Shown here: positions 44,250 through 56,811 of the stretch, in pieces
Numbering within the stretch: position 1 is the stretch's first letter
Layout of the letters: each line of letters starts with the position of its first letter
From: Paramoeba atlantica
Lineage: Eukaryota; Protista; Discosea
Direction of reading: 5' to 3'
Length of the DNA stretch: 64,000 nt
Assembly (NCBI GenBank): GCA_977017575.1
Contig: CDRNVI010000071.1
Coordinates: 124,001-188,000 of the forward strand
The notes under the pieces: generated by a model
What the model saw: the letters and a program-made list of their open reading frames with translations, nothing else
What the model was told of the DNA's origin: nothing
The model's database searches: none
Made by a program: the position numbers and the translations under genes

Positions 44250-44676
44250 GAGGAGGGTAAGTTTAGGAGATAGTAAATAGAGAATTAATAAAAAGTAATG
44301 ACATAAGGACAAAAGAAAAAAATATAGACGAATCGTGTATAAAGAATGCAAGAAAAGCCTTCGTACCCTACAGCGTCCCTTGTAACTCAAGTTACTAATT
44401 CGGGGCTTGAATTCTAAGAAACCCCGTTGTAATATTTTCTGGTAGAAAATTTCTGACAATGGTCGCAAGAATTTGCTCTTCCCCAGGTCGGCAGCCTAAA
44501 AAAAGCAAAGCCACGAAAAAAGTATAGTAAAGTGCAATTGTTGTATATTCACAGTTAACTGACGGCATACAACAGATTTCATTAACAGTAATTGTCCTTC
44601 AAGTAGGATGTCAGAAGGTCTAAAGGCTCAGATGTAGTGCAAAAAAGAAGAGAACAAAGAAGGAACAGTACTCTTC

Positions 44677-45903
44677 TTACCATTTTAAAATCACTTTACC
44701 AAAATTACGGTTCAGCTCAAGGCGCTCGTGTGCCTTCTTCAGTTGTTGTGTTGCGTATTCGTCAGCAGACATGTTCTTCGGCCTGTCACATTCCTTCGCG
44801 GACAATGGAATCACAGAATCAATAATAGGGTAAAGTGAGTGTTCATCTGGAACAGTGTTCTCATTAAAAATAAGATTTTGAAACAGGCGAAAGCGATTGG
44901 CTGCAAAGCTCACAAACTCGGACACCATCCTTTGTTTGTACTCGACACTCTGTGAACGCAGTGTAGAGAACAGTACCCGGGCTCTTTTTTGTATCAAGGG
45001 CAAACAGCTGATGTTCTCCAACCGATGACCGCCAAGAAACGATAGAACAATATACACCCCGTCGGAGTTTAACGCCGCCATACCTGCTTTAAAGTACCGT
45101 GTCCCAAACACAGGGTCCAGAATACAATCCACCTGGGGCCAGGGTGTCTCACCCCCTCCCTTGCCCTCCGAACCCCCACCTCCCCCCGAAAGCGGCGTCT
45201 CCCCCCGTATCTGCGGGAACACCTCCTCTGCACCTACTTGTTTACACAACGCCGCCTTCCCGGGGCTACATGTGACATAGGGCAGCGCCCCGACGGCACG
45301 ACACAGCCGTATGGCCGCGGTGCCCACCCCACTCCCCCCGGCGTGGATCAGCACACGCTGTCCGTGCCGAATCCCCCCATCGGGGTGGGAGAACAACAAA
45401 CACTGGAACGCCGTGAGGTAAGCCTCCGGGAGGGCAGCCGCGGCAAGCACCACCTCCCTCTCCTCCCCCCCTTCCTTCTCCCTTGCGGTTTGCCTTTCGT
45501 CTCGCCCCCCTGGCCTCTCCTTTGAACTTTGTCTTGTGGGCCCGTGTGACCCAAACAACAGGGCCAGCGGGATCACCTGGGACAGTGGGGCCCGCACGTA
45601 GGTGGCGTAGCCCCCGCCCTCGAGCAGTGCCATCACGGGGGCCCCGGGGTAGAGCCCCGGGGGGAGCGCGGCCCCCCCGGAGTCGTGGAGATACCCCGCG
45701 ACCTCGAGCCCCAGCCCCGAGGGGGCCCCGGGGGGAGGGGGGTAGCGCCCCTGCCGCTGTAGGATGTCGGCGCGGTTGACACCGCTGGACACGACACGGA
45801 GGGTGACCTCGTGGGGGATGGGGGGGGAGGGGGGAGGAAGGGGGAAGGGGTGGAGTTGGAGGACGGAACGGCCCCCCGCTCCGGTGCATACAAAGGCTCG
45901 CAA
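44677..45903 (-). CDS. NAD(P)H quinone oxidoreductase (PIG3/zeta-crystallin-like); start codon uncertain
   Basis: GVNRADILQRQGRYPPPPG, GLEVAG, LIHAGGSGVG, STLRSQS and FGKVILK; no in-frame ATG before the domain. Confidence 0.8.
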   Translation of the reverse strand: MRAFVCTGAGGRSVLQLHPFPLPPPSPPIPHEVTLRVVSSGVNRADILQRQGRYPPPPGAPSGLGLEVAGYLHDSGGAALPPGLYPGAPVMALLEGGGYATYVRAPLSQVIPLALLFGSHGPTRQSSKERPGGRDERQTAREKEGGEEREVVLAAAALPEAYLTAFQCLLFSHPDGGIRHGQRVLIHAGGSGVGTAAIRLCRAVGALPYVTCSPGKAALCKQVGAEEVFPQIRGETPLSGGGGGSEGKGGGETPWPQVDCILDPVFGTRYFKAGMAALNSDGVYIVLSFLGGHRLENISCLPLIQKRARVLFSTLRSQSVEYKQRMVSEFVSFAANRFRLFQNLIFNENTVPDEHSLYPIIDSVIPLSAKECDRPKNMSADEYATQQLKKAHERLELNRNFGKVILKW

Positions 45904-46025
45904 AGAGAGAGGGGGGGGGAAGGTAGGATAGAAAAAGAAAAGAAGAAAGGGGGGGCAATGGAAGGGTTTCAGGGGTTGGCACTCGCACACTGATAATGCA
46001 TAAAACTCGCACACTGATAATGCAT

Positions 46026-47117
<1,092 letters not shown>

Positions 47118-47314
47118 GTGAGGGTTGGTAGTCCTAATCTGGGCTTACCCAGAGAGGGTCCACCAACCCGTCATTATCACGGCGCAGTAGACGCGCCATG
47201 GCAGGCCTGGCACCATGAAGGCCAGACAAAAAAAAATGACTTGACGCCTCCGGGCTTGAAACCCGGCCTGCACAAAATCCGAAAACTGTTTCGGCAGAAT
47301 TCAGGCAGATTTGA

Positions 47315-47882
47315 TGGAGCGTGGAGCCGCTATTTGATACAGCGTGGAGCTGCTCGCATGGAGTGTGGAGCCGCTGCGTTGTCAGCGTGGAGTCATTCAT
47401 GCAAATTTGATCGAGTGTGGAGCCGCTGTTTGATACAGTGTGGAGCCGCTCGCATGGAGCGTAGAGCCGCTGCGTTGTCAGCGTGGAGCCATTCATTCAA
47501 ATTTGATCGAGTGTGGAGCCGCTGTTTGATACAGTGTGGAGCCGCTCGCATGGAGTGTGGAGCCGCTGCGTTGTCAGCGTGGAGCCATTCATGCAAATTT
47601 AATCGAGTGTGGAGCCGCCGTTTGATATAGCGTGGAGCCGCTCGCATGGAGTGTGGAGCCGCTGTTTTATCAGCGTGGAGCCACTCATGCTAACTTGATG
47701 GAGCGTGGAGCCGCTGTTTGATACAGCGTGGAGCTGCTCGCATGGAGTGTGGAGCCGCTGCGTTGTCAGCGTGGAGCCATTCATGCTAACTTGATGGAGC
47801 GTGGAGCCGCTGTTTGATATAGCGTGGAGCCGCTCGCATGGAGTGTGGAGCCGCTGCGTTGTCAGCGTGGAGCCACTCATGC
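47315..47882. repeat. 96-bp minisatellite of GYGTGGAGCYGC subunits; continues at 50258-50335
   Basis: 96-bp period (47405 vs 47501). Confidence 0.85.
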
Positions 47883-47884
47883 TA

Positions 47885-50255
47885 CAGTGTACACAATTAT
47901 TAGTGTAAGAATAATTCGTAAAACAAAAATTAGTAAATTTTTAATTAGTAAAACATTTTGCAAAATTCAGGTTTTACACCTTACATTTTTTTTTATTTTT
48001 TTCGAAATTCTATTTTTTTTTACGAAAAGTTTTCAGATTACTATGTCGCTCGACATCGGAGAAATGATATTTCTCAGCAATCTGATAAGTGCTTCGTCTA
48101 GCAACACGCCCTCCGGAACTTCCCTAACAGATGAGCAAAAGAATTGGTTATTCGAACACACTCGTGGTGTTTTTCGGGGCGAAGATGTTCGACGAAAGTT
48201 TGAGCTGAAATTTCATCGAGGTCTCAGTTCAGCCGCTATGACCAAGTACAAGCGCATTGCGCGTTTGGATGACGTTGGTTCTCGTGGTCGAAAGAGTCTT
48301 CTCACGGAAGACGAAGAAGCTCAGTTGTTAAAAGCCTTTTTGCTGATTCGACGAACTGGCGTTGCTGTCGACGCAGCTCGCGTAGCCAAAATTGCGAAAG
48401 GTATCAGAGAACAGCGACAGACGGGATCCACAGTGCTGAACGGTGGCACGTTGAAATTTTCGATTTCTTGGGCAAATTCTTGGATGCACCGCAATGGCAT
48501 TAAGGTGCGACGGGCAACTACAACTCGAACTGTGACACCTATTGAAGTTGCACAGGCAGCTAATGTATTTTTTTCTCATTTACGTGGCCTAAAATCTTTC
48601 GATGTTCGAAAAGAGCTTGTGTTTAACGCGGACGAGTTTTTCGTTGGTCTTTCTCCAGAAGGCTCAAACATGAAGTGGACTTGGGAGCGAATTGACGTCG
48701 GAGAAAGTAGAAGTGTTGAAATCCAGAATCGCAAAGGGGGTTTCACTTGTACGATGCTAACGAATGCTGCTGGTGATTTGAATCTTCTACAATTCATTTT
48801 TCAGGGTACTTCCCGCATGTTTGTCGACGTTGAACACAATGATCGAATTCTACAGTGCGCTCGGACCGGATCTCACTTTCAAGATTCAAGCACTTGGGCC
48901 GAATTTCTCGAAAGATTTCTTGATATTGTTGATGTGGAGAGGAGCAAACTTTCAGACGTTAACACTCCGGCTCTCCATATCATAGATGGTGCAACACAAC
49001 ACAAAGACTCTGCCACGGCGCTTTCCTCCAAAAACTGCAAGTGTGTAGAAATTCCGCCTAAAATGACTCACGTTTTTCAGCCGGCGGATCAGTTTGTGAT
49101 ATCTGGGTTGAAAGTCAAGGCTCGAGCACTTTTCAATGATTATGTTGCTCGCATTTTTGCCCGTCAAAATGCCGAAGATGCCGTCCATGAAATGGTTATG
49201 TCTTCCGCTTCACATCTCCGAACGCAAAAAGTCACGCTAATTACCAAAGCTATGCGAGAAATTACTCGTGCTCAAGTCATTGCTTCTTGGAAAGTTGCGG
49301 GTATAACTGCCGCTCTTTTTGATGAAACTGAGATGTGTACTCCGACACGAGCCGACGCGTACGCATCCTTGCTCACCGAAAGCGAACGTGAAACAGTCAG
49401 CAGACATGGAGATGAGCTACAAGAAATGCACGTAAATGTTAACGTTGATGAAATCGAACCCCCAGAAGACCAAGATATTCGACAGGAAAATATTCAACAT
49501 ATTGTCTCTCTTCAACGCAAGAAACGAGGTTGTCCTCCCAACCCCAGTCTTTCAGAACGGCTTGAATCAAATAGAATTGAGAAGGAAAAAAAGAATCAAG
49601 CTCGTGAGGAAGGATACAAACTGAAAGAACAGACAAAAGGCATGAGTCGAGCTCAGAAGAAGTTATTCATTTCTCAAAAGAAGTGTGCAAAACTAGATCT
49701 ATGGGGTTTCGGGAAGACTTCTTCTGAAATTGAGACATCCGCCAGTGCCGAAAATACATTTTTCTCTGCAGCTACGTCTATATGCACGCCTATTCGTTCA
49801 ACTCCTCGAAAGGTCCAGTCAGATAAATACAAATGCATGCACAATAATCACATTGACTATAGCAGCGATTATGAAGACAGTTCGGAATTTGAAGGGGAAA
49901 GTGAAACGGAAAGCGAGCAAGATTTCTGTGAGCAATATTTCTATGAGCAAGATTTTTATTAATATTATTTTTTCTGGGTGTTTTTTACTCTGTGCTACAG
50001 ACACATATTACTTTCCACGCTTCTGATTTTTTTCTGAATCTCTGACTTTCTTGTTCGTTGTATTCCTATTTTTAAAAGACTTTCTCGCTCCTCGAACGCG
50101 AAACATCGCTCTCTTGTATTTAAGACATTTTATCAAGTTGGCAAATTTTTTGGGGGCAGCGCAAAAATTAGTAAAGCAAAAATTTGTGAATTTTTAATTA
50201 GTAAAACGTTTTTATTATTTTACAATAAAAGTTTTACTAATTTTTGCGAGCACTG
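47885..50255 (+). mobile_element. pogo-like DNA transposon
   Basis: TA|CAGTG...CACTG|TA, imperfect TIR; empty site CATGCTAACTTGATG visible in the flanking minisatellite. Confidence 0.9.
48043..49962 (+). CDS. Intact pogo/DDE_1 transposase with CENP-B-type HTH, 639 aa, DD33D
   Basis: KFSISWANSWMHR; FNADE; IIDGATQH; PPKMTHVFQPADQ. Confidence 0.88.
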   Translation: MSLDIGEMIFLSNLISASSSNTPSGTSLTDEQKNWLFEHTRGVFRGEDVRRKFELKFHRGLSSAAMTKYKRIARLDDVGSRGRKSLLTEDEEAQLLKAFLLIRRTGVAVDAARVAKIAKGIREQRQTGSTVLNGGTLKFSISWANSWMHRNGIKVRRATTTRTVTPIEVAQAANVFFSHLRGLKSFDVRKELVFNADEFFVGLSPEGSNMKWTWERIDVGESRSVEIQNRKGGFTCTMLTNAAGDLNLLQFIFQGTSRMFVDVEHNDRILQCARTGSHFQDSSTWAEFLERFLDIVDVERSKLSDVNTPALHIIDGATQHKDSATALSSKNCKCVEIPPKMTHVFQPADQFVISGLKVKARALFNDYVARIFARQNAEDAVHEMVMSSASHLRTQKVTLITKAMREITRAQVIASWKVAGITAALFDETEMCTPTRADAYASLLTESERETVSRHGDELQEMHVNVNVDEIEPPEDQDIRQENIQHIVSLQRKKRGCPPNPSLSERLESNRIEKEKKNQAREEGYKLKEQTKGMSRAQKKLFISQKKCAKLDLWGFGKTSSEIETSASAENTFFSAATSICTPIRSTPRKVQSDKYKCMHNNHIDYSSDYEDSSEFEGESETESEQDFCEQYFYEQDFY

Positions 50256-50652
50256 TAACTTGATGGAGCGTGGAGCCGCTGTTTGATATAGCGTGGAGCC
50301 ACTCATGTTAATTTGATGGAGCGTGGAGCCGCTGTACCTCTGAAACTTTATACTGTAGCCAAGTTCTCGTGTAGGCTTCCGTGTAGATTTCATGTACATT
50401 AGTAGTACAGAAGCGTTATGGCTACAATGAATTGGGATTGGCATACGGTTGGAAATAATTATTTTCAGTTGCCTTCTACGCGACAATGATGCGACGTAAT
50501 TCCGCCGCCTCGCGGCGTACAACTTCAGCAGAAGAAGAAGCAACTGAGGTGTTGATCCTACCTTCGTTATCGTTTACGGACGCAGTTTAGGAAGCCTCTT
50601 TTTCTGCGGTACGACACTCCTTTCGATCTCCCCTTTGTAGTTGCGTTAATGC

Positions 50653-51507
50653 ATGGGGCACCGGAGCTTTCTTTTCAAAATACTCTTCTTGAGTTCGTGG
50701 ATACGGAATTCACGAGTAAGAGCAAGCCGGAACGTTCTACTACTCGCCCAGCAGCTCATGGAGGCGCGAAAAACACGGCAAGTGGAACCTATTGTTCCAA
50801 TACTTGATGACCAGCATAAACGTCGGGTTCTCGTAGAGCTAATCCTCGATCCTCCAAAAGTTACTAAGAAGGTGGAGACGCGGTCGACTGACACTGCGAC
50901 GAATGACCAGCTTGTCGGCTGGATCGGGACTAAACTCACCCCTTGCATCGACGGCATGCTTTGGGAAGCTATGCAGGAGGACACAGCCTTTCGATCGTTC
51001 GGAAAACCTTTATTGGGGACTTCTTTCGGCCAATATTTCCTGTCAATGTTTATGGCCTCAGGCAAAGGGCGTGTTCCGATTCAAATACGGGATCATGAAG
51101 CTTTGAGTATTGCAGGAATTTTTTTTGTCTCGGAGCTGGCGGCACTGTTTCTCGCCTTTAAAGGCGGATGCAAGGATTCATCAGCGAACAGGTGCGTCGA
51201 GTCTTGTCGCGCCACAGTTGGCATGATATCTTCAGAAAATTCCGTTATTATACCAGCGGAGGTTCAAGCCACGATGAAGGTGAACGAGTCCAACGAGTAT
51301 CCAGGTAAACAGAAAGGGAATACCTTTTTCAGCCGTCACGGGCGCCGAGTTCATCCTGGATACTACCCCCAAGCCCAGCGCCAACCTTTTCACAAGTTTC
51401 GTAATCGAGGAATGAAACGCAACAACCCTGAAGACAAATCGGGAATCCTGGGTTCTGACAATGGGAAGAATAAAAGTAACTCCTACCCTCGAAAAATAAA
51501 TATGTGA
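50653..51507 (+). CDS. Hypothetical ORF upstream of the tyrosine recombinase (possibly gag-like)
   Basis: 284-aa ORF on the strand opposite the host genes; no domain recognised. Confidence 0.35.
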   Translation: MGHRSFLFKILFLSSWIRNSRVRASRNVLLLAQQLMEARKTRQVEPIVPILDDQHKRRVLVELILDPPKVTKKVETRSTDTATNDQLVGWIGTKLTPCIDGMLWEAMQEDTAFRSFGKPLLGTSFGQYFLSMFMASGKGRVPIQIRDHEALSIAGIFFVSELAALFLAFKGGCKDSSANRCVESCRATVGMISSENSVIIPAEVQATMKVNESNEYPGKQKGNTFFSRHGRRVHPGYYPQAQRQPFHKFRNRGMKRNNPEDKSGILGSDNGKNKSNSYPRKINM

Positions 51508-52158
51508 GGTGGAGAAAAAGCGCCGTGGTGAAAGAAAGAAAAAAGAGGGACGCGAAATATGCTTTGCAGGTGAATTTAAATTTTGCAGATAGATGAACAT
51601 TTTTCATCTATCAAAAATGCAGAAAGATTTGAAATGTGCGTTCTATTAACTCCGGTGACGCGAATACGTCGTGCATACTGTTAAACCAGTTTTTTTAATA
51701 TACAGTATTTTGTTTTTTTACCTTGTGGGCTATCTTTTCAACGATATTCCTTCGGTACAGACAGCTTCGAGTGCGTGAAAGTCTGGTAAGTGCGGAGAAT
51801 ACAATGATGTAGACAAGTCGATACAACCCAATTAACCAATAACTTTTCAATAGAGTACACGGTAACATTCGTGTAATTAGCATACTTTGCAGGCTAATAA
51901 GTTCATTATAGGAGATTTTGCACTCTTTTGAATGGGGAGTGAAAGGCAATGCCTAGATTGAAAGGTGTAAAACAAAATAGTTAAAAACGAGAATCATAAT
52001 TCCACACTTTTAGGTGAATCATGAATAGTGGACACAGGTGTCGCATTGTGTATTGCGTATTCCGGCTTTACGGGATATTTTAAGTAAAGTTGAGTTGAAA
52101 GGAATCAAAATGTCATACCGTCTTCAACGAATAGCTTTAATACGCTCTACTCCTACAC

Positions 52159-53053
52159 ATGATACCGCATGAGAGGAAGTCTGCTTTAAAGGAGTATTCA
52201 GAGCTTGAGAAACTAGCAGAGCGTTCTGTAGCTTCCTCTACTCTTTCGATGTATCGCGGCCGCATAAACGTGATCAAACGTTTTAGTATTGACGCGGGAT
52301 GCAATCGCATCACGAAGGAGGCGTTTGGAAGCTTCTTATCGCAACTTGCCGACACGGGAAAATCCTCTATACAATTCCACTATACAAGGATACTACAGTG
52401 CTCTCATATTTTTTCAGGAAGTACATTTTGATTTAAAGAAAGGTGAAAATATGTGGGCCAAAGATCCCATTGTTACACGCGCTGTTGAGGGCGCAAAGTG
52501 CGTTAGTAAACAAAATAGGATCGAAAGAAAGGAAAGAGGATACGTGACAGAAAGTATGCTGGGTCAACTTACGAACTGGGTTTCAGCTAGGCGCGACGGG
52601 CTTCAACTTGCCAACGCGCTCAAAGTTCAGTTTTATGCCGCACTGAGGTCATGTGAAATATAAACACTACGTGGTGGTGATCTGTGCGGCGAAGGAAATA
52701 GAATGTATTTGTTAGTTCGAGGGGATAAGGCACAAAAACAAAGCTCAAGCCGGTTGAGAAACAAACCTTTGTGTCCTCGCGCAATTCATATCATTGAGCC
52801 TATTATGGAAATGATTCCACTCGGCAAACACGCTTTTCCGGCTTATAAGAAGAGAAGAGTGGGTCAACTCTTGAAACAAGCGGCCAATGAACTCATGTGG
52901 CCTCCAGATGTACGGTTCGACGGGACACACACATTGCGTCACGGTGGTACAGATATGGCAGTAGATGAGGCCTTGGACGTAATGAAGGATGCCCTTGCAG
53001 GAATGTCAAGTAGAGTGCGTGAAAGGCACTACATGAGCCCAAGACTCCAATAG
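52159..53053 (+). pseudogene. Tyrosine recombinase pseudogene (one frameshift near 52360, in-frame TAA at 52661)
   Basis: SAM-like N-terminus STLSMYR; FYAALRSCEI (R); GTHTLRHGG (HxxR); RERHY (Y). Confidence 0.8.
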
Positions 53054-53563
53054 AAAACAAGCTTTTGGTATTAGAATTCTTACTAGCGCTCCCAAGGAAT
53101 AATCTCAGACTTAATCTCTAAACAAAAAATTACTATTTGCATATTCTTGTTATTTTCTTGCTGTTAATAAACAGCACCAGAGGAGTCGGCTATCATAAGT
53201 ACTTTTCAAGAATGAAACAAAAAAAAGAGCAATTAAATGAGAGATCGTCTTTCATGCGTGAGGAAGCATAGATTCAAAAGTTTACAAGTTACTGCGACAC
53301 CCCCTGTGGGGCTCCCAAACCAAATCTCTCTTACTGGGGGGGTATCTTACTGGGGGGGTATACGGTACTACCATAACCTTTTTTCTCTATCGCAAAGTTT
53401 TGACTATTGCAAAATTAAAGTGGGCTTGCTTCTGGGCGCAACCCAAAATGGGGAAGTAAGGTCGGGACCTCCTCGTGGTCTTCCCTGGCACTGCTATCTT
53501 ACTGATGGTACTAACGCTGACCTAAGAACATTCGTAAGCAGATATTTTTGAAGTATGCACGAA

Positions 53564-53659
53564 CTGTAACCCCCCCACTTAATTGTCATAGCTCCACCCC
53601 CCCCTACTTATTTGTCCTTTTTTCGAAAAAGGGGTGACAAATAAGTGGGGGGGGCACAG
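53564..53659. repeat. Short inverted-repeat element
   Basis: CCCCCCACTTAATTGTCA...TGACAAATAAGTGGGGGG. Confidence 0.6.
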
Positions 53660-53661
53660 TA

Positions 53662-54601
53662 TGTTATGAGTGTACATTATGCATTATGAGTGTGCATTAT
53701 GCATTATGAGTGTGCATTATGTATTATGAGTGTGCATTATGCATTATGAGTGTGCGAGTTACTATGCATTATCAGTGTGCGAGTTTTATGCATTACATGT
53801 ATCAGTGTGCGAGTTTTTATGCATTATCAGTGTGCTAATTGCGGTGGTTGTATAACTACCGCTCTACCCTCGATTATTGCAAAAAAAGTGAACAAAAACA
53901 GTGAAAACAAAAAACAGTGAAAGAGAAACACAGTAATATAATAAAAGAAAAAAATATAGAAGAGGGCTCCGGTGGTCCAAAATAGAAAAAAATAGAAAAA
54001 AATGGGGGGTCCAGGGGGGGGCAAACGTCGCTTTTTGAAATTTTCAAAGTCTTGATTTTCGAAATCGAGCGCAGGGAAGTGGTAGAGTAGGCCGCGGGGA
54101 TGACTTTCCACCCCTCACCTGGAGGTACCCCCCTGGTACGCGAGAGGGGACCGACAAGGTCATAAATTCCGAAATTTTTGGGGTGACCAAAAAAAAGTAA
54201 AAATATTATTTTTCCAAAATCGACTCTTAAAACGTATTTGAAGAGTTTTGAACCTCAGCTATCGTTCTACGACGCTTCTTGCGACAGATTCGCCTCCTGC
54301 CCCTACTGGTAAGGCACCCAAAAAGTCCAAAATTCGGGTTAAAATTTCGCAATTTTCGCCGAAAAATCCAGCTTTTTCAACCAAAAAACTAGACTCTTCA
54401 TGACCGTTTGGCGATTTTTTTTTTAGGCTCTTCGTTAAACGCGGTGGTAGTTTTCCACGCGAAGCGCGCAGGATGAGTGACTTCTAAGTTGAAAACCGCG
54501 TTTAACGAAGAGCCTAAAAAAGAAAAATCAGTGTGCCTATATGCATTATCAGTGTGCATTATGCATTATCAGCGTGCGAGTTTTATGCATTATCAGTGTG
54601 C
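53662..54601. repeat. GCATTAT(G/C)AGTGT minisatellite interrupted by a family A element; inverse copy at 45980-46024
   Basis: Tandem units on both sides of 53838-54524. Confidence 0.8.
53838..54524 (+). mobile_element. Complete family A element, ~685 bp
   Basis: 5' ATTGCGGTGGTTGTATAACTACCGC; 3' long hairpin ending CCTAAAAAAGAA; no TSD. Confidence 0.85.
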
Positions 54602-55233
54602 GGGTGCCGTTTCTGCCGATCTTCCTACTTGGTAAATTTCGATTTTTATCCGTTTTTGTTCATTTTTCTTTCAAAAGCAAGACTTTTTCTTGCTCATTAT
54701 TTTATTTCTCTAGCAAAGCGAATAGAGAGAGAGAGGTCGATATTTACGCGCTTACAAGGGGTTTAGCGAAGAGACTGAACAAGAACAACCTTTTTAATGT
54801 TTTTTTTTAAAGTTTCCGAACCCTGCTCTATTTTTGTTCACTTTTTTCATCAATCGAGGGTAGAGCGGTAGTTCTACAATCACCACAATAAAAGTGCGTA
54901 AAAATTGAAAGGGCTAAAATGAGACTCCCTTTAGGTACTCACATATTCCCCCTAATAAATCGCTGTACAAGAAAGCAAAGTATTGTATTGATGTCATGAA
55001 ACAAGTTTTTGAAAGGAGACAAGTTTCGTGAGACACGCATTTTGAGATACTTCCACACTAAAAAAATGGTGGAAAAAACCTTTCGACACAGTAACTGCAT
55101 ACATGTATACTATCCAAAAAATGAAAAAGTGGCAAGAATACTTTGTTCAGTGAGGAGGCAAGAACTAGTTCTAGGAGAAAAAAAGTGAATAAAATTGTTG
55201 TATGAACACAATGAAACCATCAATCACTGTATA

Positions 55234-56811
55234 TTAGGCTAAGTTTCCAAGATGCGCGTCAAGAATCGACTGGTTCGATATTTCGGACGCATTGTACAAC
55301 ACTGTGATTTTACTGTCAGTAAGCCATAGACGTACATTTGCACCCTTTGCTTTAGAACGCAATTCTAGAGGCGGGGTGAAATACTTCATTGATTCGGCTG
55401 AAATCCAGTAAGGCGACTCAAACTTTTCATGTTGCATTACTTCATTCAGCTGATTTTGGACATGAGTGGGGAATTGCTTGCCACTGATCCCGCTGTACAT
55501 CACAAGGTGTTTCTCTTTGCGTGTTCGCGACCCTACTCTCCGTATGGCGCAAGGGTTCGAAGTTTGTTCTGCATTGTACCATTTCTTCTTCTTTTCCAAG
55601 AGTGTGAATGACTCTTCATCTTGATTGCTTCCACCTATCGTGATACCCACCTGTCCGGGAATAATATGCACTTGATCTTGGAAAGTGTTGCGAAGCGATT
55701 CTTCCGTGAGCCATATGTTGCTGCGGAACCCCTTTTCCTTGGCATGACCATGCAGTTCTGCTTGCCAGTGCAATGGGAGTGGTTTCGCGCCCCAGATGCC
55801 ACGCATGAGACCACGACGGGCAAATTCTATCAACCGGACAGGATCAGTGGTACTCTCCGCGTTGTAAAAGTGATGCGTTTCCTCTTTTCCTTGTTTGAAC
55901 GTGATTTTGACGATGCAGCATTTAGCCCCTTCCAGTGGCATGATGCGGCTGCCGTGTACAAGTGTAAGCGCTCTGTCTGTGATCCAATAGGGAGAAGATA
56001 ATCGATGTTCCTTGGAGAAGGCTTGAAGGACGCGCTGCAAGGGAACTCCTAACGGGATGCTTGTCAGTGCACTGCGATGAACGCGTTCAAAGAAATGAGT
56101 AACTACCTCTTGTGGGTCGGAAGTTTGCTGCGCGTTGTAGTACACGTATGGCTGAGTTGCGCTCGAAGCATCCGAAGCAGAAAAGTCGGGAGTACCATGC
56201 TCTGATATCACGGTATAAGAAGGTTTGTCAGCAAATGGAGGCTTGGAAAAAGTTACGCCTTTGCACATGGGAAGAGGGTTGATGTTTCCGTCCCCTATTA
56301 AGGGTAACTCATGCGCGGCAGCCCAAATATTCCACTCCCAATTTTCTTGTGCCGCACGCGTAGATAAATATAGGTCGTGCGGGGGACGAAACCTTCTTCC
56401 CGTCATGGCATTTACACACGATTTAGATTTCCGTAAATACTTGCCAATTTTTTGCACCATGCTGGTGGCCGCTCCAGGGTCGGAAGTTTGTTCCAGATTG
56501 TACCACATCTTGTTTTCAACAATTTCATCAGATTCTTCCCTTGAGGATATATCAGCATTTGTTTTTAATGTAGCTTTTGAGGCTTGTGACACATTATTAT
56601 TTCCATCAAGCTCGGAGACAACTGAATTTCCAGATTGAATAGTGATGCACCCACCGGTTATAGCCTGTAGCTGTACTTCGGTAACCCAATATGGAGAATT
56701 GAATCCCTTTTCTTGGGCAACCTGAGCTAAATTCTTACAGAAAGGAGCAGGGAAAGGCTCCCCACTCACACCGCGGAGCGGCAGATAGCGCAGAGCACAA
56801 ACAAATCGCAT
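55234..56811 (-). CDS. Tc38/p38-family (ArdC-N-like) kinetoplast ssDNA-binding protein with five repeats
   Basis: Five SPYW(I/V)/NIW...YNA(E/Q)QT-type repeats. Confidence 0.72.
   Translation of the reverse strand: MRFVCALRYLPLRGVSGEPFPAPFCKNLAQVAQEKGFNSPYWVTEVQLQAITGGCITIQSGNSVVSELDGNNNVSQASKATLKTNADISSREESDEIVENKMWYNLEQTSDPGAATSMVQKIGKYLRKSKSCVNAMTGRRFRPPHDLYLSTRAAQENWEWNIWAAAHELPLIGDGNINPLPMCKGVTFSKPPFADKPSYTVISEHGTPDFSASDASSATQPYVYYNAQQTSDPQEVVTHFFERVHRSALTSIPLGVPLQRVLQAFSKEHRLSSPYWITDRALTLVHGSRIMPLEGAKCCIVKITFKQGKEETHHFYNAESTTDPVRLIEFARRGLMRGIWGAKPLPLHWQAELHGHAKEKGFRSNIWLTEESLRNTFQDQVHIIPGQVGITIGGSNQDEESFTLLEKKKKWYNAEQTSNPCAIRRVGSRTRKEKHLVMYSGISGKQFPTHVQNQLNEVMQHEKFESPYWISAESMKYFTPPLELRSKAKGANVRLWLTDSKITVLYNASEISNQSILDAHLGNLA

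Noticed and set aside
47315-47882. Regular repeat array resembling CRISPR
   Set aside because: No unique spacers and no cas genes; it is a 96-bp minisatellite in a eukaryotic context
53508-53518. ACTAACGCT matching the SL 5' end
   Set aside because: Only 9 nt, with no downstream SL core; compatible with chance
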